Origin: a virus
Taxonomy: Duplodnaviria; Caudoviricetes
Length of the DNA stretch: 64,000 nucleotides
Direction: 5' to 3' (one strand)
Virus record (IMG/VR): IMGVR_UViG_3300046776_000001
Span: 939 to 64,938 of that record
Under the pieces are notes generated by a model. The model saw only the letters and a program-made list of their open reading frames with translations, had not been told where the DNA came from and ran no database searches. How positions within the stretch are numbered: position 1 is the first letter of the stretch; every line of letters begins with the position of its first letter. Of this stretch, positions 35,052 to 44,946 are shown piece after piece. A program made the position numbers and the translations under genes.

Positions 35052-36500
35052 TTAATAAAATGCGTTCCATGTTGTGCCGTCCCATCCTTCGTGCTTTCCC
35101 GTGTCTGTATTAAAGCCCCACGGGTATTCGCCGCTTGCTGGTGCTGGGCGTGTTGCTGTTGTCCAGACTGTTGCAAGTTGCTTTAACTTGTTTACGGTAT
35201 TTACGTCGGTTATTGCCTGTCCGTTACCTTTTATTTGCTCAGAATTGTCGTTATCATATAAAAGCCCACCCGCGCCGGATGGAGCATGTACATTAATAAA
35301 AATATCGTCTTTTATCCTACTTATCCCATATCTACCATTTATAGCCTCATTTGTAAAATCTGTATAAAGCGAAAATTCCCCAACATTTGCTTTTATATTA
35401 GACGTTCCGGTAATCTTATTTGTAGATATTGAAATTCCGTTTTCTGGATCATTTAAGAAAAAATACCCTTGCGGGTTGCCGTCTTTATCTGACTTTTCCC
35501 CCGAAACTGAATAAATAGCCCCTTCTGACGAAAAAAGACAACTTTGCGCTTCTGTAATTACACTTGTTGATATATTAAACCCGTTCGTTGACATTAAAAA
35601 AAGGCAGTTTGATACTCCTGTTTCCTCGCTAAGAAAAGATTGCTCTATTTGAGGAGGGGCAAATACTAATTCGTATTTTTGCCTATTACTTGAGCTTGCG
35701 TAATCCGCACCGTCAAAATCGTTAATTACAAAACTGTTGGATGTTTTTACGGTTGTGCCATTTGGCGAAGTGCCGCTACCGCCGTAAATTCCGCCTGGCG
35801 GCAATGTTACCGTGTTGCCGCTTGATATTTCCAAGTCTAAACCTGACAAAGAAAGGTTTTGCAGTTCATTTGAGGCGTTGCTGTCTCCGTCGTTAACATT
35901 TATATTTACCGTGCCGCCGCCGCTGCTTAGTGTAATATTCCCAGCGTTCCCATTTGTACTGAGCGTTTGTATTTCATTTGTAGGACTTGCGTCCGCGTCA
36001 TTTACGTTTAGGTTTAGTGTACCGCCTCCGTTCGATAAAGTGATATTCCCAGCCGCGCCGCTTGTACTAATTGTTTGGTTCACATTAGGCGCGGTATTAG
36101 AAATTACATTTGTTCCCGATATAGCAATACCGGTGCCAGCCGTATAAGTTGCTCCGCCGCCACCGTTTAACAATTTCCACGCCGCGCCATTCCAGTAGTA
36201 AAATTCCGGTTCTGTACAACCATTTACTACAAAATAGGCATTGTGAATTGTAGGCGTATAGGCAGGTGCGGCGCAACCGCTAATGCGTTGGATACGATCA
36301 CCGCTTTGAACCCAACTTGTGCCGCTTACCCATTCGTACCACCTAAACGTAGCGCGATCAACCGCAAATCGTGCGCCGCTTGCACCGGGGTTTGTTGTCG
36401 GTGCGCCATTCGTCCAAATAAAAGTACCCGTTTGCGCTTTGCAATCCTTTGCGCCCAATAAATTTACGATCAAAAAAATTGATAAAAAAAGTAATCTCAT
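35052..36500 (-). CDS. fibre-like protein with signal peptide and NEIQ/NELQ repeats
   Basis: MRLLFLSIFLIVNLLGAKDCKA|Q; C-terminal WTTATRP...GFNTDTGKHEGWDGTTW fibre motif. Confidence 0.75.
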   Translation of the reverse strand: MRLLFLSIFLIVNLLGAKDCKAQTGTFIWTNGAPTTNPGASGARFAVDRATFRWYEWVSGTSWVQSGDRIQRISGCAAPAYTPTIHNAYFVVNGCTEPEFYYWNGAAWKLLNGGGGATYTAGTGIAISGTNVISNTAPNVNQTISTSGAAGNITLSNGGGTLNLNVNDADASPTNEIQTLSTNGNAGNITLSSGGGTVNINVNDGDSNASNELQNLSLSGLDLEISSGNTVTLPPGGIYGGSGTSPNGTTVKTSNSFVINDFDGADYASSSNRQKYELVFAPPQIEQSFLSEETGVSNCLFLMSTNGFNISTSVITEAQSCLFSSEGAIYSVSGEKSDKDGNPQGYFFLNDPENGISISTNKITGTSNIKANVGEFSLYTDFTNEAINGRYGISRIKDDIFINVHAPSGAGGLLYDNDNSEQIKGNGQAITDVNTVNKLKQLATVWTTATRPAPASGEYPWGFNTDTGKHEGWDGTTWNAFY

Positions 36501-36504
36501 ATTT

Positions 36505-39102
36505 TTAGTTTCTTATTATTATGTTTAGTTTATAGGTTTGCCCTGCTGTTAGTGTGCCGTTTGCGCGTATGGTGTAACTACCCGTCGTTTGGGTATCTAC
36601 ATAAAATTTCGTTATCTCCGATGCGGTTAATTGGTTGGCTGCTGAAAAAACAACCGTCGGGGCAACGCTCCACGTATTTGGAAAAGTTCGCGTGTAAATA
36701 ACCGCGTTTGCCGTTGGTGCTGTGCCAACCAATAGCGTTACCGTGTATGCCATTTCCGCCCCGTTATTTACTGTTATTATAGGCGTTGATCCTAGTGCGC
36801 CGCCCGCTGTTAAAGAAACGCTTTGTGAACTATTAAGAACGTGCCAGTTTGCGCTTGCTGTCCTTGTTTCTAATCCAAACATACTACTATTGTATCTTAA
36901 CCACCTTAACGCGCTTGTAGGTCTGTTTCCTGTATTGCCGCTGCTTAATGCTATTCCGTCAGTCGTGTTGTCCATATCAATGGATGCCAATGGCGCTTCT
37001 TTATTTATGCCAAATTTTCCATCTGTTGTTATTGATAGCCCTGTTGCTCCGTCACCTAATTGGGCAAAAGGCTGCAATTTAAAACTGTTACCCTCTGATG
37101 AATTGTCAATACCGTGAATCCATTTTGTAGTCGCGCCTACCAAATTATATTGTACAGCCGGATCGCCACCAGCCGCCGCCGTGTTTACTTGTAAAATAGT
37201 GCTACCTGTTCCGCTGTTTTCTAATCTGTTTAGGTAGTTTGTCGTAGTTATGCCCGTTGTGCTGCCTGTTATATCAAGCCCATAAATAGTTTCACCAGCT
37301 GCCGCCGTTGCCGTTGCTTGTATTGTGCTCCCGAAACTTGGTAAAGTACCCGCGTTTACTTGTAATCCTACACTTGTGCTATTACCTGTAACATTTAAGC
37401 GACCCGCGCCCGGCGTTGCCGTGCCAACTGATAAATTAGATCCGTCAAATGCAAAATTATTTGTTGCTGTTATTGCATTTGTTCCGCTCCAATATGCTAC
37501 CTTATTTGCTATGCCTGTGCCTGTTACTGTGCCTGTTGCCGTGCTGCTTAGTGTGCCGCCCGACAAAGATAAACCCGCGCCTATTGTTGCGTTTGAAATA
37601 TCTCCGCTTGCATTTCGTAGCATTAAAGACGTGCCAGTACCGCTACTGCCTGTTATCCTTGCCGCGCCTTCAACGTGAAATAATTGAGCAGGGCTTAATG
37701 TTCCAATTCCAAAATTACCGTTTCCTAATATAACTGCTCTTTTGCTGCTATTCGTGCAAAAGAAAAACGGATTATTCCCATACTGAAAAATTGCACCGCC
37801 TGTACCCGTGCCTCCAAATAGCGAACTTTCTGCACCAAAAATAAAATTATTTGTACCGTCTTTTCTGAATTGAATGTATGAGCCATCTCCACCCGCACCA
37901 TTCCCGCCGTTTAGTATTAATCCCGCCAAAGACGCGTTATTTACCGTAAATCTACTACTACCTGTAACAGTTTTTGTTCCTGTAAAAAATGTTACTTGAT
38001 CGCCTGTTCCGCTGCCTGTTATATCGCCCTGCGGAATAGCAACCGAACCGCCACCGCCAGATAAAGAAAGGTTTGGTGCGGAATAGGAAAGAGTTTGATT
38101 ACCCGTATTTGTTCCGCTCAAATTTGCACCTGTAACGTTGCCAGATGCTGCTACTGATGTGGGTGTAATTGCGCCTAATCCTATGCTGATGTTGGGCGTT
38201 GTTGTGGCGTTTGCCACGCTTGCGGTAACGCCCTGCGTTGGCGTTACTGATACGCTCGTTACCGTGCCTTGCGGGATATTGAAAGACCCGCCGCTATTGG
38301 ATAGCGTTACCGTTGGCGCACTGTATGATATGGTTTGTATTTCGTTTGTAGGGTTTGCGTCCGCGTCGTTCACGTTCAAATTTAGCGTACCACCTCCATT
38401 GCTCAAAGTGATATTCCCAGACGCGCCCGTGGTACTGATAGTTTGGTTAATGTTAGGGGCAGTATTGGTTATTGTCAAATCCGTACCAGTTGCGGCCAAA
38501 GAAATAGATGCGCCAGCCACAAAATTAACATCCGTACCCGTTGAACTATTAAGCGTTACGGGTGAACTTGTACCTGTAAATGATAAGTTTGTGCCACCTG
38601 ACGCGCTAGGTGAAGTAATAATGTACTTTTGTGTAAGTGTATCAAAAAATACCGTTGTGCCACCCCTGCCTACAATCTTAATAGTGTCTAAGTAATTTAT
38701 TGCTGTTGTTCGTAAACTATCCGACGCAAAAAATGAAAAGTCAACATTTGCGCCCGCACAAAAAGTAGAATCAATAAAACCTGAAATTGTAGAAAATCCT
38801 GTTTGATTTAACGGTATAGTTATACGGTCGGGGTTTGTTCCGGTCTGCTCAATAAATTCTACCGAATTACCGGGGCGCAAACGGATTAAATACGGTTCAT
38901 CTATCCACCTATTAAAAACGCCTAAACGGTAAACCATTAGGCCATTAAAAGACCTGCTTTGAAAACTTGTACCGACGCAAATATCACAACTATCGCCTGT
39001 CATATTTGCATTGCTAAAACATTCAAATTCAAAAATAGGACTTTGCGCCTTTGCGCTCAATCCTAAAAAAATGACTATTAATGTAGTTACTATAAATCTC
39101 AT
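36505..39102 (-). CDS. long fibre/adhesin-like protein with signal peptide
   Basis: MRFIVTTLIVIFLGLSAKA|Q; GNFGIGT.SP...LHV repeats; SSGNTGNRP...LRYN motif. Confidence 0.8.
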   Translation of the reverse strand: MRFIVTTLIVIFLGLSAKAQSPIFEFECFSNANMTGDSCDICVGTSFQSRSFNGLMVYRLGVFNRWIDEPYLIRLRPGNSVEFIEQTGTNPDRITIPLNQTGFSTISGFIDSTFCAGANVDFSFFASDSLRTTAINYLDTIKIVGRGGTTVFFDTLTQKYIITSPSASGGTNLSFTGTSSPVTLNSSTGTDVNFVAGASISLAATGTDLTITNTAPNINQTISTTGASGNITLSNGGGTLNLNVNDADANPTNEIQTISYSAPTVTLSNSGGSFNIPQGTVTSVSVTPTQGVTASVANATTTPNISIGLGAITPTSVAASGNVTGANLSGTNTGNQTLSYSAPNLSLSGGGGSVAIPQGDITGSGTGDQVTFFTGTKTVTGSSRFTVNNASLAGLILNGGNGAGGDGSYIQFRKDGTNNFIFGAESSLFGGTGTGGAIFQYGNNPFFFCTNSSKRAVILGNGNFGIGTLSPAQLFHVEGAARITGSSGTGTSLMLRNASGDISNATIGAGLSLSGGTLSSTATGTVTGTGIANKVAYWSGTNAITATNNFAFDGSNLSVGTATPGAGRLNVTGNSTSVGLQVNAGTLPSFGSTIQATATAAAGETIYGLDITGSTTGITTTNYLNRLENSGTGSTILQVNTAAAGGDPAVQYNLVGATTKWIHGIDNSSEGNSFKLQPFAQLGDGATGLSITTDGKFGINKEAPLASIDMDNTTDGIALSSGNTGNRPTSALRWLRYNSSMFGLETRTASANWHVLNSSQSVSLTAGGALGSTPIITVNNGAEMAYTVTLLVGTAPTANAVIYTRTFPNTWSVAPTVVFSAANQLTASEITKFYVDTQTTGSYTIRANGTLTAGQTYKLNIIIRN

Positions 39103-39103
39103 T

Positions 39104-39727
39104 TTATACTATTGTTACTCGTTTTAAGAAACCGGGCAAGCCCGCCGTGCTGCTTTCGTTATGCCAAAACGGATCGTGATAAGATAGCCCGTCATCAATT
39201 GCGCTTTCGTCGCTGTCATACTCGGGTAGCGAATTTAATGCCTCGATTATTTGCGCGTCGGTTGGCGGTATGTACGCGTTTACTTGCACCTCTATTGTAG
39301 TTTCAGGAACTTCGACAATTAAATCACTTTCGCCGCTCCAAAAATTACCGCAACCGCCTCCGCAATCGGACGGCGTTGTACTTGCAAGCACAAAACAAAA
39401 TTGAACAAATGCCCGTCGTTCGTCATCTGTATCTGTTACCCACAAAGTGCCAAATACTTGCACGTCACCGCGACTATCAAACACAAGTGTATCACCCTCG
39501 ATGCCTAATAAAATAGAACCATTCGCCGCGCTAATTACTGTTATACCGTCACCAACCGACAAAGACTGAATAACAACACCGCCCGCCGTAATAATATCCA
39601 TATCAAAATCATAACCCGCAATATTTACAGGTAATGAATTTTGTGTGATAATTACAGGCAAAGGAATATCCGTACCCTGTAACGATCTTATTTTGACCTT
39701 TTGCGGTGCTATGTTTATAGTAGGCAT
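39104..39727 (-). CDS. baseplate/fibre adaptor protein (BppU-like N-terminal domain)
   Basis: Start MPTINIAP; Ig-like N-terminus; C-terminal LPEYDSD..A...GL motif; no signal peptide. Confidence 0.55.
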   Translation of the reverse strand: MPTINIAPQKVKIRSLQGTDIPLPVIITQNSLPVNIAGYDFDMDIITAGGVVIQSLSVGDGITVISAANGSILLGIEGDTLVFDSRGDVQVFGTLWVTDTDDERRAFVQFCFVLASTTPSDCGGGCGNFWSGESDLIVEVPETTIEVQVNAYIPPTDAQIIEALNSLPEYDSDESAIDDGLSYHDPFWHNESSTAGLPGFLKRVTIV

Positions 39728-39811
39728 ACTGGTATTTTTAAAACAAAAACCCCCGAACCCCAAAAAGCAATGAGGCGCGGGGGAGCAATGAACTACATTT
39801 TTTTATCCTAA

Positions 39812-40519
39812 TTAGGCAGCAACAAAATCAACCCGGCAATTTGTCGGTGATAATAGTGTACCAGTCCAGCGAATGTCGCTTTCTTGCGCTGCTGTGATAG
39901 TCACGGTGTAAAGCGTAGATGTTGACGAACCCGTTGAGGTTGTAACAACTGTTGCGTGGCGAACCGCTCCTGCTGTAAGTGCAGCCGTTACGCTTGTAGT
40001 GATTTGGCTTGTCGTGGTAGTACCAGGTACAATGTCAATAATTGCAGTAGTTACGCCGTTTGCAGTTACTGACTGACCAGTCAACGCGCCAAACGCAGAA
40101 CGCACATAAGTACATACGCCCTCTTGTACACAAGTTTTTGTAAATGCAGCCGCGCCGCCTGACGCTGTAAGGCTTACCAACTCTACGTCTGAGTAAGACG
40201 TAACTACAAAGTTTGTGCTTACCGCTGCAATTGTAAGGCTTTCCAATCCGTCTGCATAATCTTCGTAACCGTTTGCCGCTAGTGCTGCGATAACAGCCGC
40301 TTTGACAGCCGCCGCACCGGACACCGACGCAAAAGTTAAGGTTTGATTATTGCCGTCTCGATCTTTGATAATCAATCCCGTGACGGTATTGGCCGCTACA
40401 TACGTTGCTACATATTTGCACATCGTAGTCCCGTCGCCGCAGCATGGAGAGTCTGATTCATGGATTTTTATGGTATTATCCGCGTTTTGGTCTGCGACCA
40501 ATAAAGTCTTAAAACTCAT
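39812..40519 (-). CDS. virion structural protein
   Basis: Ala/Thr/Val-rich beta protein in the structural operon. Confidence 0.6.
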   Translation of the reverse strand: MSFKTLLVADQNADNTIKIHESDSPCCGDGTTMCKYVATYVAANTVTGLIIKDRDGNNQTLTFASVSGAAAVKAAVIAALAANGYEDYADGLESLTIAAVSTNFVVTSYSDVELVSLTASGGAAAFTKTCVQEGVCTYVRSAFGALTGQSVTANGVTTAIIDIVPGTTTTSQITTSVTAALTAGAVRHATVVTTSTGSSTSTLYTVTITAAQESDIRWTGTLLSPTNCRVDFVAA

Positions 40520-40531
40520 ATTATTACTTTT

Positions 40532-40837
40532 TTAGTTTGTTATGATTAACGGCAAACCGTCGATTTCTCTATATTTGTTTGCTATTTCAGCGTCATTCCA
40601 TTTACCACGCGGGCAATGCGTCACTTCATAGCGCAATTTTTTAGGATTAAGATTTATTTCGCACTCTGTTTTTACTTCTAGGTAGCAGCCGCAATCTTTA
40701 CACTTTAAGTTTTTAGCATTAAAGTTATCGCAACCCCTACAAATTTGCATCCTGTTTTCTGCAACCTCGATACTAACTTTTTTTGTTTCTAGTGCCGCTT
40801 TTGCCCCTGCCTTTAATAGTTCATCAATTAAACTCAT
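40532..40837 (-). CDS. Cys-rich DUF6171-like protein (start MSLIDE)
   Basis: R..IC..C......C..CGC....K......CP..KW; ATGA overlap with the upstream stop. Confidence 0.65.
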   Translation of the reverse strand: MSLIDELLKAGAKAALETKKVSIEVAENRMQICRGCDNFNAKNLKCKDCGCYLEVKTECEINLNPKKLRYEVTHCPRGKWNDAEIANKYREIDGLPLIITN

Positions 40838-41508
40838 GTCCAGTCTGTATTTATTACCGTTGCGCCTGTTCTGAAATTCCAACGCCGTGACGTTTTGCCC
40901 GTTGTTTTGCATCCGTTTGTAGTACAAATAAAAGGCAAAGGCAGGTTGTTTGTTGCCGCCGTATTTTCCAACCACTCAATCATGTTTGTAGTTGTGCGCT
41001 CAATGTCTTTCTGAATGTCACCCCTAAATCGTTGTATCTCATCCATTTTGCCTGACCTAAATCCTGTACCGTCACCCGTGTTTGGCGTTACGCCGCCGCT
41101 TGTTACTCGCAAAGTTGTACGCGCTAAAGTAGCATCAAAGACCTTCATTGCTAAAATGTTTACTAAATACGCGTCCCACAATTCGTTGCAATCCACGTCT
41201 GTAAACATTTGAAACTCGCTCCAATCGTCGGTATAACTTGGCTCTGTTGCGTTATTGTCGTTTAACGATGTGAACAATGTGCCGTAATAGTCCACCGTAT
41301 CGCCATCCATGTACACGTCGTTTTTATTCCATGGCACTACGTCCGATGGTACGGGCGTTAATTTCGTTTTAAGATAGTCCCACAAATCCGAGCCTAAGCA
41401 CGTGCGTACAAATTCCTGCTCAATCTGCGGAATTAGTTTGCAAAATAGCGCGGTTGGGTAGTCCCTACTTGCGCCACTATTAGTTAGAACCTGAAACGGG
41501 GTTATCAT
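40834..41508 (-). CDS. head-tail adaptor-like protein with CBM5/12-like insert
   Basis: Directly after the portal; W....VY..GD.V.Y.G....S..DNN..EP...DDW insert. Confidence 0.55.
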   Translation of the reverse strand: MITPFQVLTNSGASRDYPTALFCKLIPQIEQEFVRTCLGSDLWDYLKTKLTPVPSDVVPWNKNDVYMDGDTVDYYGTLFTSLNDNNATEPSYTDDWSEFQMFTDVDCNELWDAYLVNILAMKVFDATLARTTLRVTSGGVTPNTGDGTGFRSGKMDEIQRFRGDIQKDIERTTTNMIEWLENTAATNNLPLPFICTTNGCKTTGKTSRRWNFRTGATVINTDWT

Positions 41509-42874
41509 TGCTTTGCGTGTTATCTACTCCGGTTTGCTGCATTTTGAAAAGATCAATCATGCTTTGAATAGGATTGTCAAAAGTTATTGAATATCTTTTC
41601 ATATCTTGCATGTTTAAAATGTCCCAACCTGCATTAATAATTTGATTTGTAAACGTTACAATAGTTTCCCTAAGGCTGTTTATTGTCGGCTCTACGTTTG
41701 TAAGGTAGTCCATCAAATAGGCGTTATCTGAAAAACCATTAGATGATTCTTTGCCTATAAAACGCGGCGTTACTTGGTGCGCTCTTGTTATGTGTCCAAT
41801 TGCTATTTCGCCCGTAACGTCGTACCAATTCTCAGCCGTGTTTGGTTTTACTTGAAAAACAAACATTTCACCTGACCCGTATGGCCGCTCCGTAATCAGT
41901 ACGCTTTGCGGCTTATCTGCTTTCATCGAAAAGTTATGCTCAAATCTATGTGCAAAATCTTCAAATCCAGCACCTTGCGCGCCCTCGTTATCAATTGCGT
42001 CCGATTCCTGACCGCCCTCAACTTCGATAATCAATTGCCCTGAAAAGTTGCCCGCTGCTTGCTTTGTAAGATAGATACTATCCTGCACCTCCCTATAAGC
42101 GTACACCGTCCCGTTTTCAGATTTTGGCCGCCCGTGGTAGTCAAGTTCTCCCGATTTTAAAACAAACATTGTGCGGTTAACGCCGTTTTCGTCTGCTGTA
42201 AATTCCGGGTATCCTGTCACTAATCGAGGCGGGTTTTTCCTTAAATACTCGTCATTCCATTTTTTAGAAACGCCGTATATTTCGTACTCCGTATCCGTCT
42301 TTGCGGGTAAAACGTGTTTTTCCTTATGCACGTTTATGTTTATGCGTGTTTGTCCGTTTACTGTTGAATACGACAATTCGACATAAGCCTCACCGACTGA
42401 CTGATAAAAGGTGCTTATTAAAGCGTGTGCGTTTTGTAGTCCTTGCTCAAATGTAAAAAATGTATCTACGTTAGTAGAATACAAAATTTGCTCTTGTAAA
42501 GAAACCTCGGTGCTTTCAGTAGGCAAATTCCAAACAGGGTTAACCGCGTTTATAATTTTTGTCCGACCTCCGACCGCGTACTCCGTCTTTTTAGAAATAC
42601 AAGTGCCGTGTGTCGGGCTTAGTTTTCTAAGCATTATAAACAGGTCTAGCAATCCGTGTGAACTGTTTAACATAGAACCAGCATAGGGAACAAACGGCCA
42701 TTTCTTAAAAAAATCACCTAACTCTTTGCTGTCTGTTACCTCGGATTCAAGCGGGTTTCTAATGTCGAACATAGACATAGATCGTGTGCCGCTCTTGCGA
42801 CCCCACAAGTCTTTTTTAGGATTAGTTGGGGTATGTTCACCGCAACAATCTATGTCTATTGTTCTTTCACTCAT
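41480..42874 (-). CDS. portal protein
   Basis: 464 aa; LSPTHGTCISKK, G.AY.E, I..AH.VTP..IG motifs typical of portals. Confidence 0.8.
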   Translation of the reverse strand: MSERTIDIDCCGEHTPTNPKKDLWGRKSGTRSMSMFDIRNPLESEVTDSKELGDFFKKWPFVPYAGSMLNSSHGLLDLFIMLRKLSPTHGTCISKKTEYAVGGRTKIINAVNPVWNLPTESTEVSLQEQILYSTNVDTFFTFEQGLQNAHALISTFYQSVGEAYVELSYSTVNGQTRININVHKEKHVLPAKTDTEYEIYGVSKKWNDEYLRKNPPRLVTGYPEFTADENGVNRTMFVLKSGELDYHGRPKSENGTVYAYREVQDSIYLTKQAAGNFSGQLIIEVEGGQESDAIDNEGAQGAGFEDFAHRFEHNFSMKADKPQSVLITERPYGSGEMFVFQVKPNTAENWYDVTGEIAIGHITRAHQVTPRFIGKESSNGFSDNAYLMDYLTNVEPTINSLRETIVTFTNQIINAGWDILNMQDMKRYSITFDNPIQSMIDLFKMQQTGVDNTQSNDNPVSGSN

Positions 42875-43113
42875 TATTTGCTATTTTCCGCTGCTGCTGA
42901 TTCGATTATAAACGGGTGACCTTGCTTAAAAAGGTATGCAAAATCTGCTTGCGTTGCCGACTTTGCAATTCTTTTAGTTGGCGGTGCGTCTGCTGTGCCG
43001 GGCATTTCTACTGTAACGTCCGTACCCATTAAATTAACAGGCTTGCCCGCTTCATTAAGGCAAATAGATACCGGAAACATTGCCAAAACTTCGTGCTTTA
43101 CTTCGTACTTCAT
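42874..43113 (-). CDS. hypothetical structural protein
   Basis: 79-aa ORF in the structural operon. Confidence 0.6.
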   Translation of the reverse strand: MKYEVKHEVLAMFPVSICLNEAGKPVNLMGTDVTVEMPGTADAPPTKRIAKSATQADFAYLFKQGHPFIIESAAAENSK

Positions 43114-43114
43114 A

Positions 43115-43669
43115 TTACAGTGCTAAAATTGCGGAATCGGTTAATGATGTTGCTGGTGCAAGTGAAAAGGTAGTGCCTTCTATAAGCATTTCCAAACGCG
43201 CTTGGTTTGCGCCCGTGTCCGACATTGCAGACGGGATAACCCGCGTATCTGTTTTGCTGCCTACAAAACCGCCGACGGCGGTTGCGTCGATCTCAATGCC
43301 TTGCACAAAACGAGTACCATTGTTAAGCACGTGGATAACCACGACGTTACAACAATCCTTCATGTTATTTGCGGCAATTGTGTACGCACTTGACAATCCT
43401 TTGAATTTAAGGAATGCGGTTTGTGTTGCAATATATGGCGCGCCCGCGTTTGCGCGTGCGCCAACTTGGTTAAAGTAAGCCGTGTCGTCTTTGTCATATG
43501 CAAGTGCTTTCCAAAGACCTGTTGAGGCCATTGTTAGACCCGAAATAACGCCCGACGTAAGGGTAACGGCTGTAATATCTGCAAGGTTACAAATAAACGA
43601 ACGAGCAATACCGCCGCCGTCATTTGTACACGTTGCTACGCTATTTAAAGCGGCTAATGAACAAGGCAT
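43115..43669 (-). CDS. major tail (tube) protein
   Basis: 184 aa after the capsid gene; C...GGI N-terminus and acidic/Gly beta-sandwich composition. Confidence 0.65.
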   Translation of the reverse strand: MPCSLAALNSVATCTNDGGGIARSFICNLADITAVTLTSGVISGLTMASTGLWKALAYDKDDTAYFNQVGARANAGAPYIATQTAFLKFKGLSSAYTIAANNMKDCCNVVVIHVLNNGTRFVQGIEIDATAVGGFVGSKTDTRVIPSAMSDTGANQARLEMLIEGTTFSLAPATSLTDSAILAL

Positions 43670-43702
43670 ATTTTTTCTTTTTTAATAGTTAAAAGTTAAG
43701 CC

Positions 43703-44923
43703 TTAGGCCGGAACGGGACGTAAAATATGTGATGCCATTACGCACATTTTAGGGTCTGCAATTGCCGCGCCCCAGCGGAATGTAGTCGACATAAATACCT
43801 TGCCTTTATCCTCAAGGCTTGTTGACTGTTGAACAACCAATCCAGCACCAGAAAACAAGCGGTTTGAAACATCTTCCACGTTTGAAAGTACACCCCATGA
43901 ACCAGGCGTTACAATTGCAGCGCGGTGCGACTTAACGCCCGTAATTGCGTCAAACTCGGTGTTAGCCTCCCATGTAATAACAGGAAGCCCTTCCCAATCC
44001 ATTACATTTTTAGATATGCGTGTTGTGCCGTCCGACATTTCGATCAAGTAACGGTACGCCAACTCATTGGTTGGAGCCATGTCCTTAATATACTTTTTGT
44101 AGGCGTTAAATTCAGCGGTTGTAACCAAGATTACAGGCTTTAACATACGCCCGTCAACATTTACGCCCCGATTGATAGCGATTTTCAACTCGGGCGAAGC
44201 AGCATCAACAAGTGCTTCAAAAAGTTCTGTAATGTCGCCAACATATTTATCCGTTGCAATATCAATACCGCTTGCACCTGTTGCTATAACTAGGTTGTAG
44301 TACTGATTGTATAGGTCATCTTCTTTGAGCGCGTCCAATTGCGTGACTAAACCGCCGCAATCGCCGGACATTTGCTGACCGTAATAGTCAACCCATTCTT
44401 GCGTATCTACGGCATAAGTTCCGGTTGTGTTCACCTGCTCAATGATAGGGTGGTTTGCGAAGTTGTAAAGGTTAAAGAATGAATTACCTAAACCTAGGTA
44501 AATACGCTCTAGCATTAGACCCAAAACCTGTTGCGCCTCTGCACTATCTGTCAAAGGTGTTTGACTGCCCGGTGTAAACAAACGCTCAAAACAAGTGCCA
44601 TAGAAAGCGTCCGGACATTGTTCGCCGTCATACTCCACCGGACACGTCGGGAACTCGGAAATATTTAAACGGACACCGCCTTTAGGATTCCATGTACAAC
44701 CGTTTGAACGTGCGCCCAATAGGTGTTTTGGTGTTGTAAAGGACGCAAAACGCCCCTTTAAATCGCGTCCTAAATTGACCTCTGCATAGAGACCTAAGTC
44801 CCTTGCATCTTGGTCAAGATTTTTAACCGCAAAGTTTTGAAAAAAGCGCAACGCGCTTTCGGTTTGTAGTGTAATTTGTGGACCACTAGCCGATGTAATA
44901 GAAAAACCTCCCTCGAGTATCAT
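43703..44923 (-). CDS. major capsid protein
   Basis: 406 aa following protease and scaffold. Confidence 0.8.
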   Translation of the reverse strand: MILEGGFSITSASGPQITLQTESALRFFQNFAVKNLDQDARDLGLYAEVNLGRDLKGRFASFTTPKHLLGARSNGCTWNPKGGVRLNISEFPTCPVEYDGEQCPDAFYGTCFERLFTPGSQTPLTDSAEAQQVLGLMLERIYLGLGNSFFNLYNFANHPIIEQVNTTGTYAVDTQEWVDYYGQQMSGDCGGLVTQLDALKEDDLYNQYYNLVIATGASGIDIATDKYVGDITELFEALVDAASPELKIAINRGVNVDGRMLKPVILVTTAEFNAYKKYIKDMAPTNELAYRYLIEMSDGTTRISKNVMDWEGLPVITWEANTEFDAITGVKSHRAAIVTPGSWGVLSNVEDVSNRLFSGAGLVVQQSTSLEDKGKVFMSTTFRWGAAIADPKMCVMASHILRPVPA

Positions 44924-44946
44924 GCTATATATCTTTTTTAAAGTTA

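Noticed and set aside
32716-39102. Diversity-generating retroelement acting on the fibre genes
   Set aside because: No reverse transcriptase, and no template/variable repeat pair differing only at adenines was seen.
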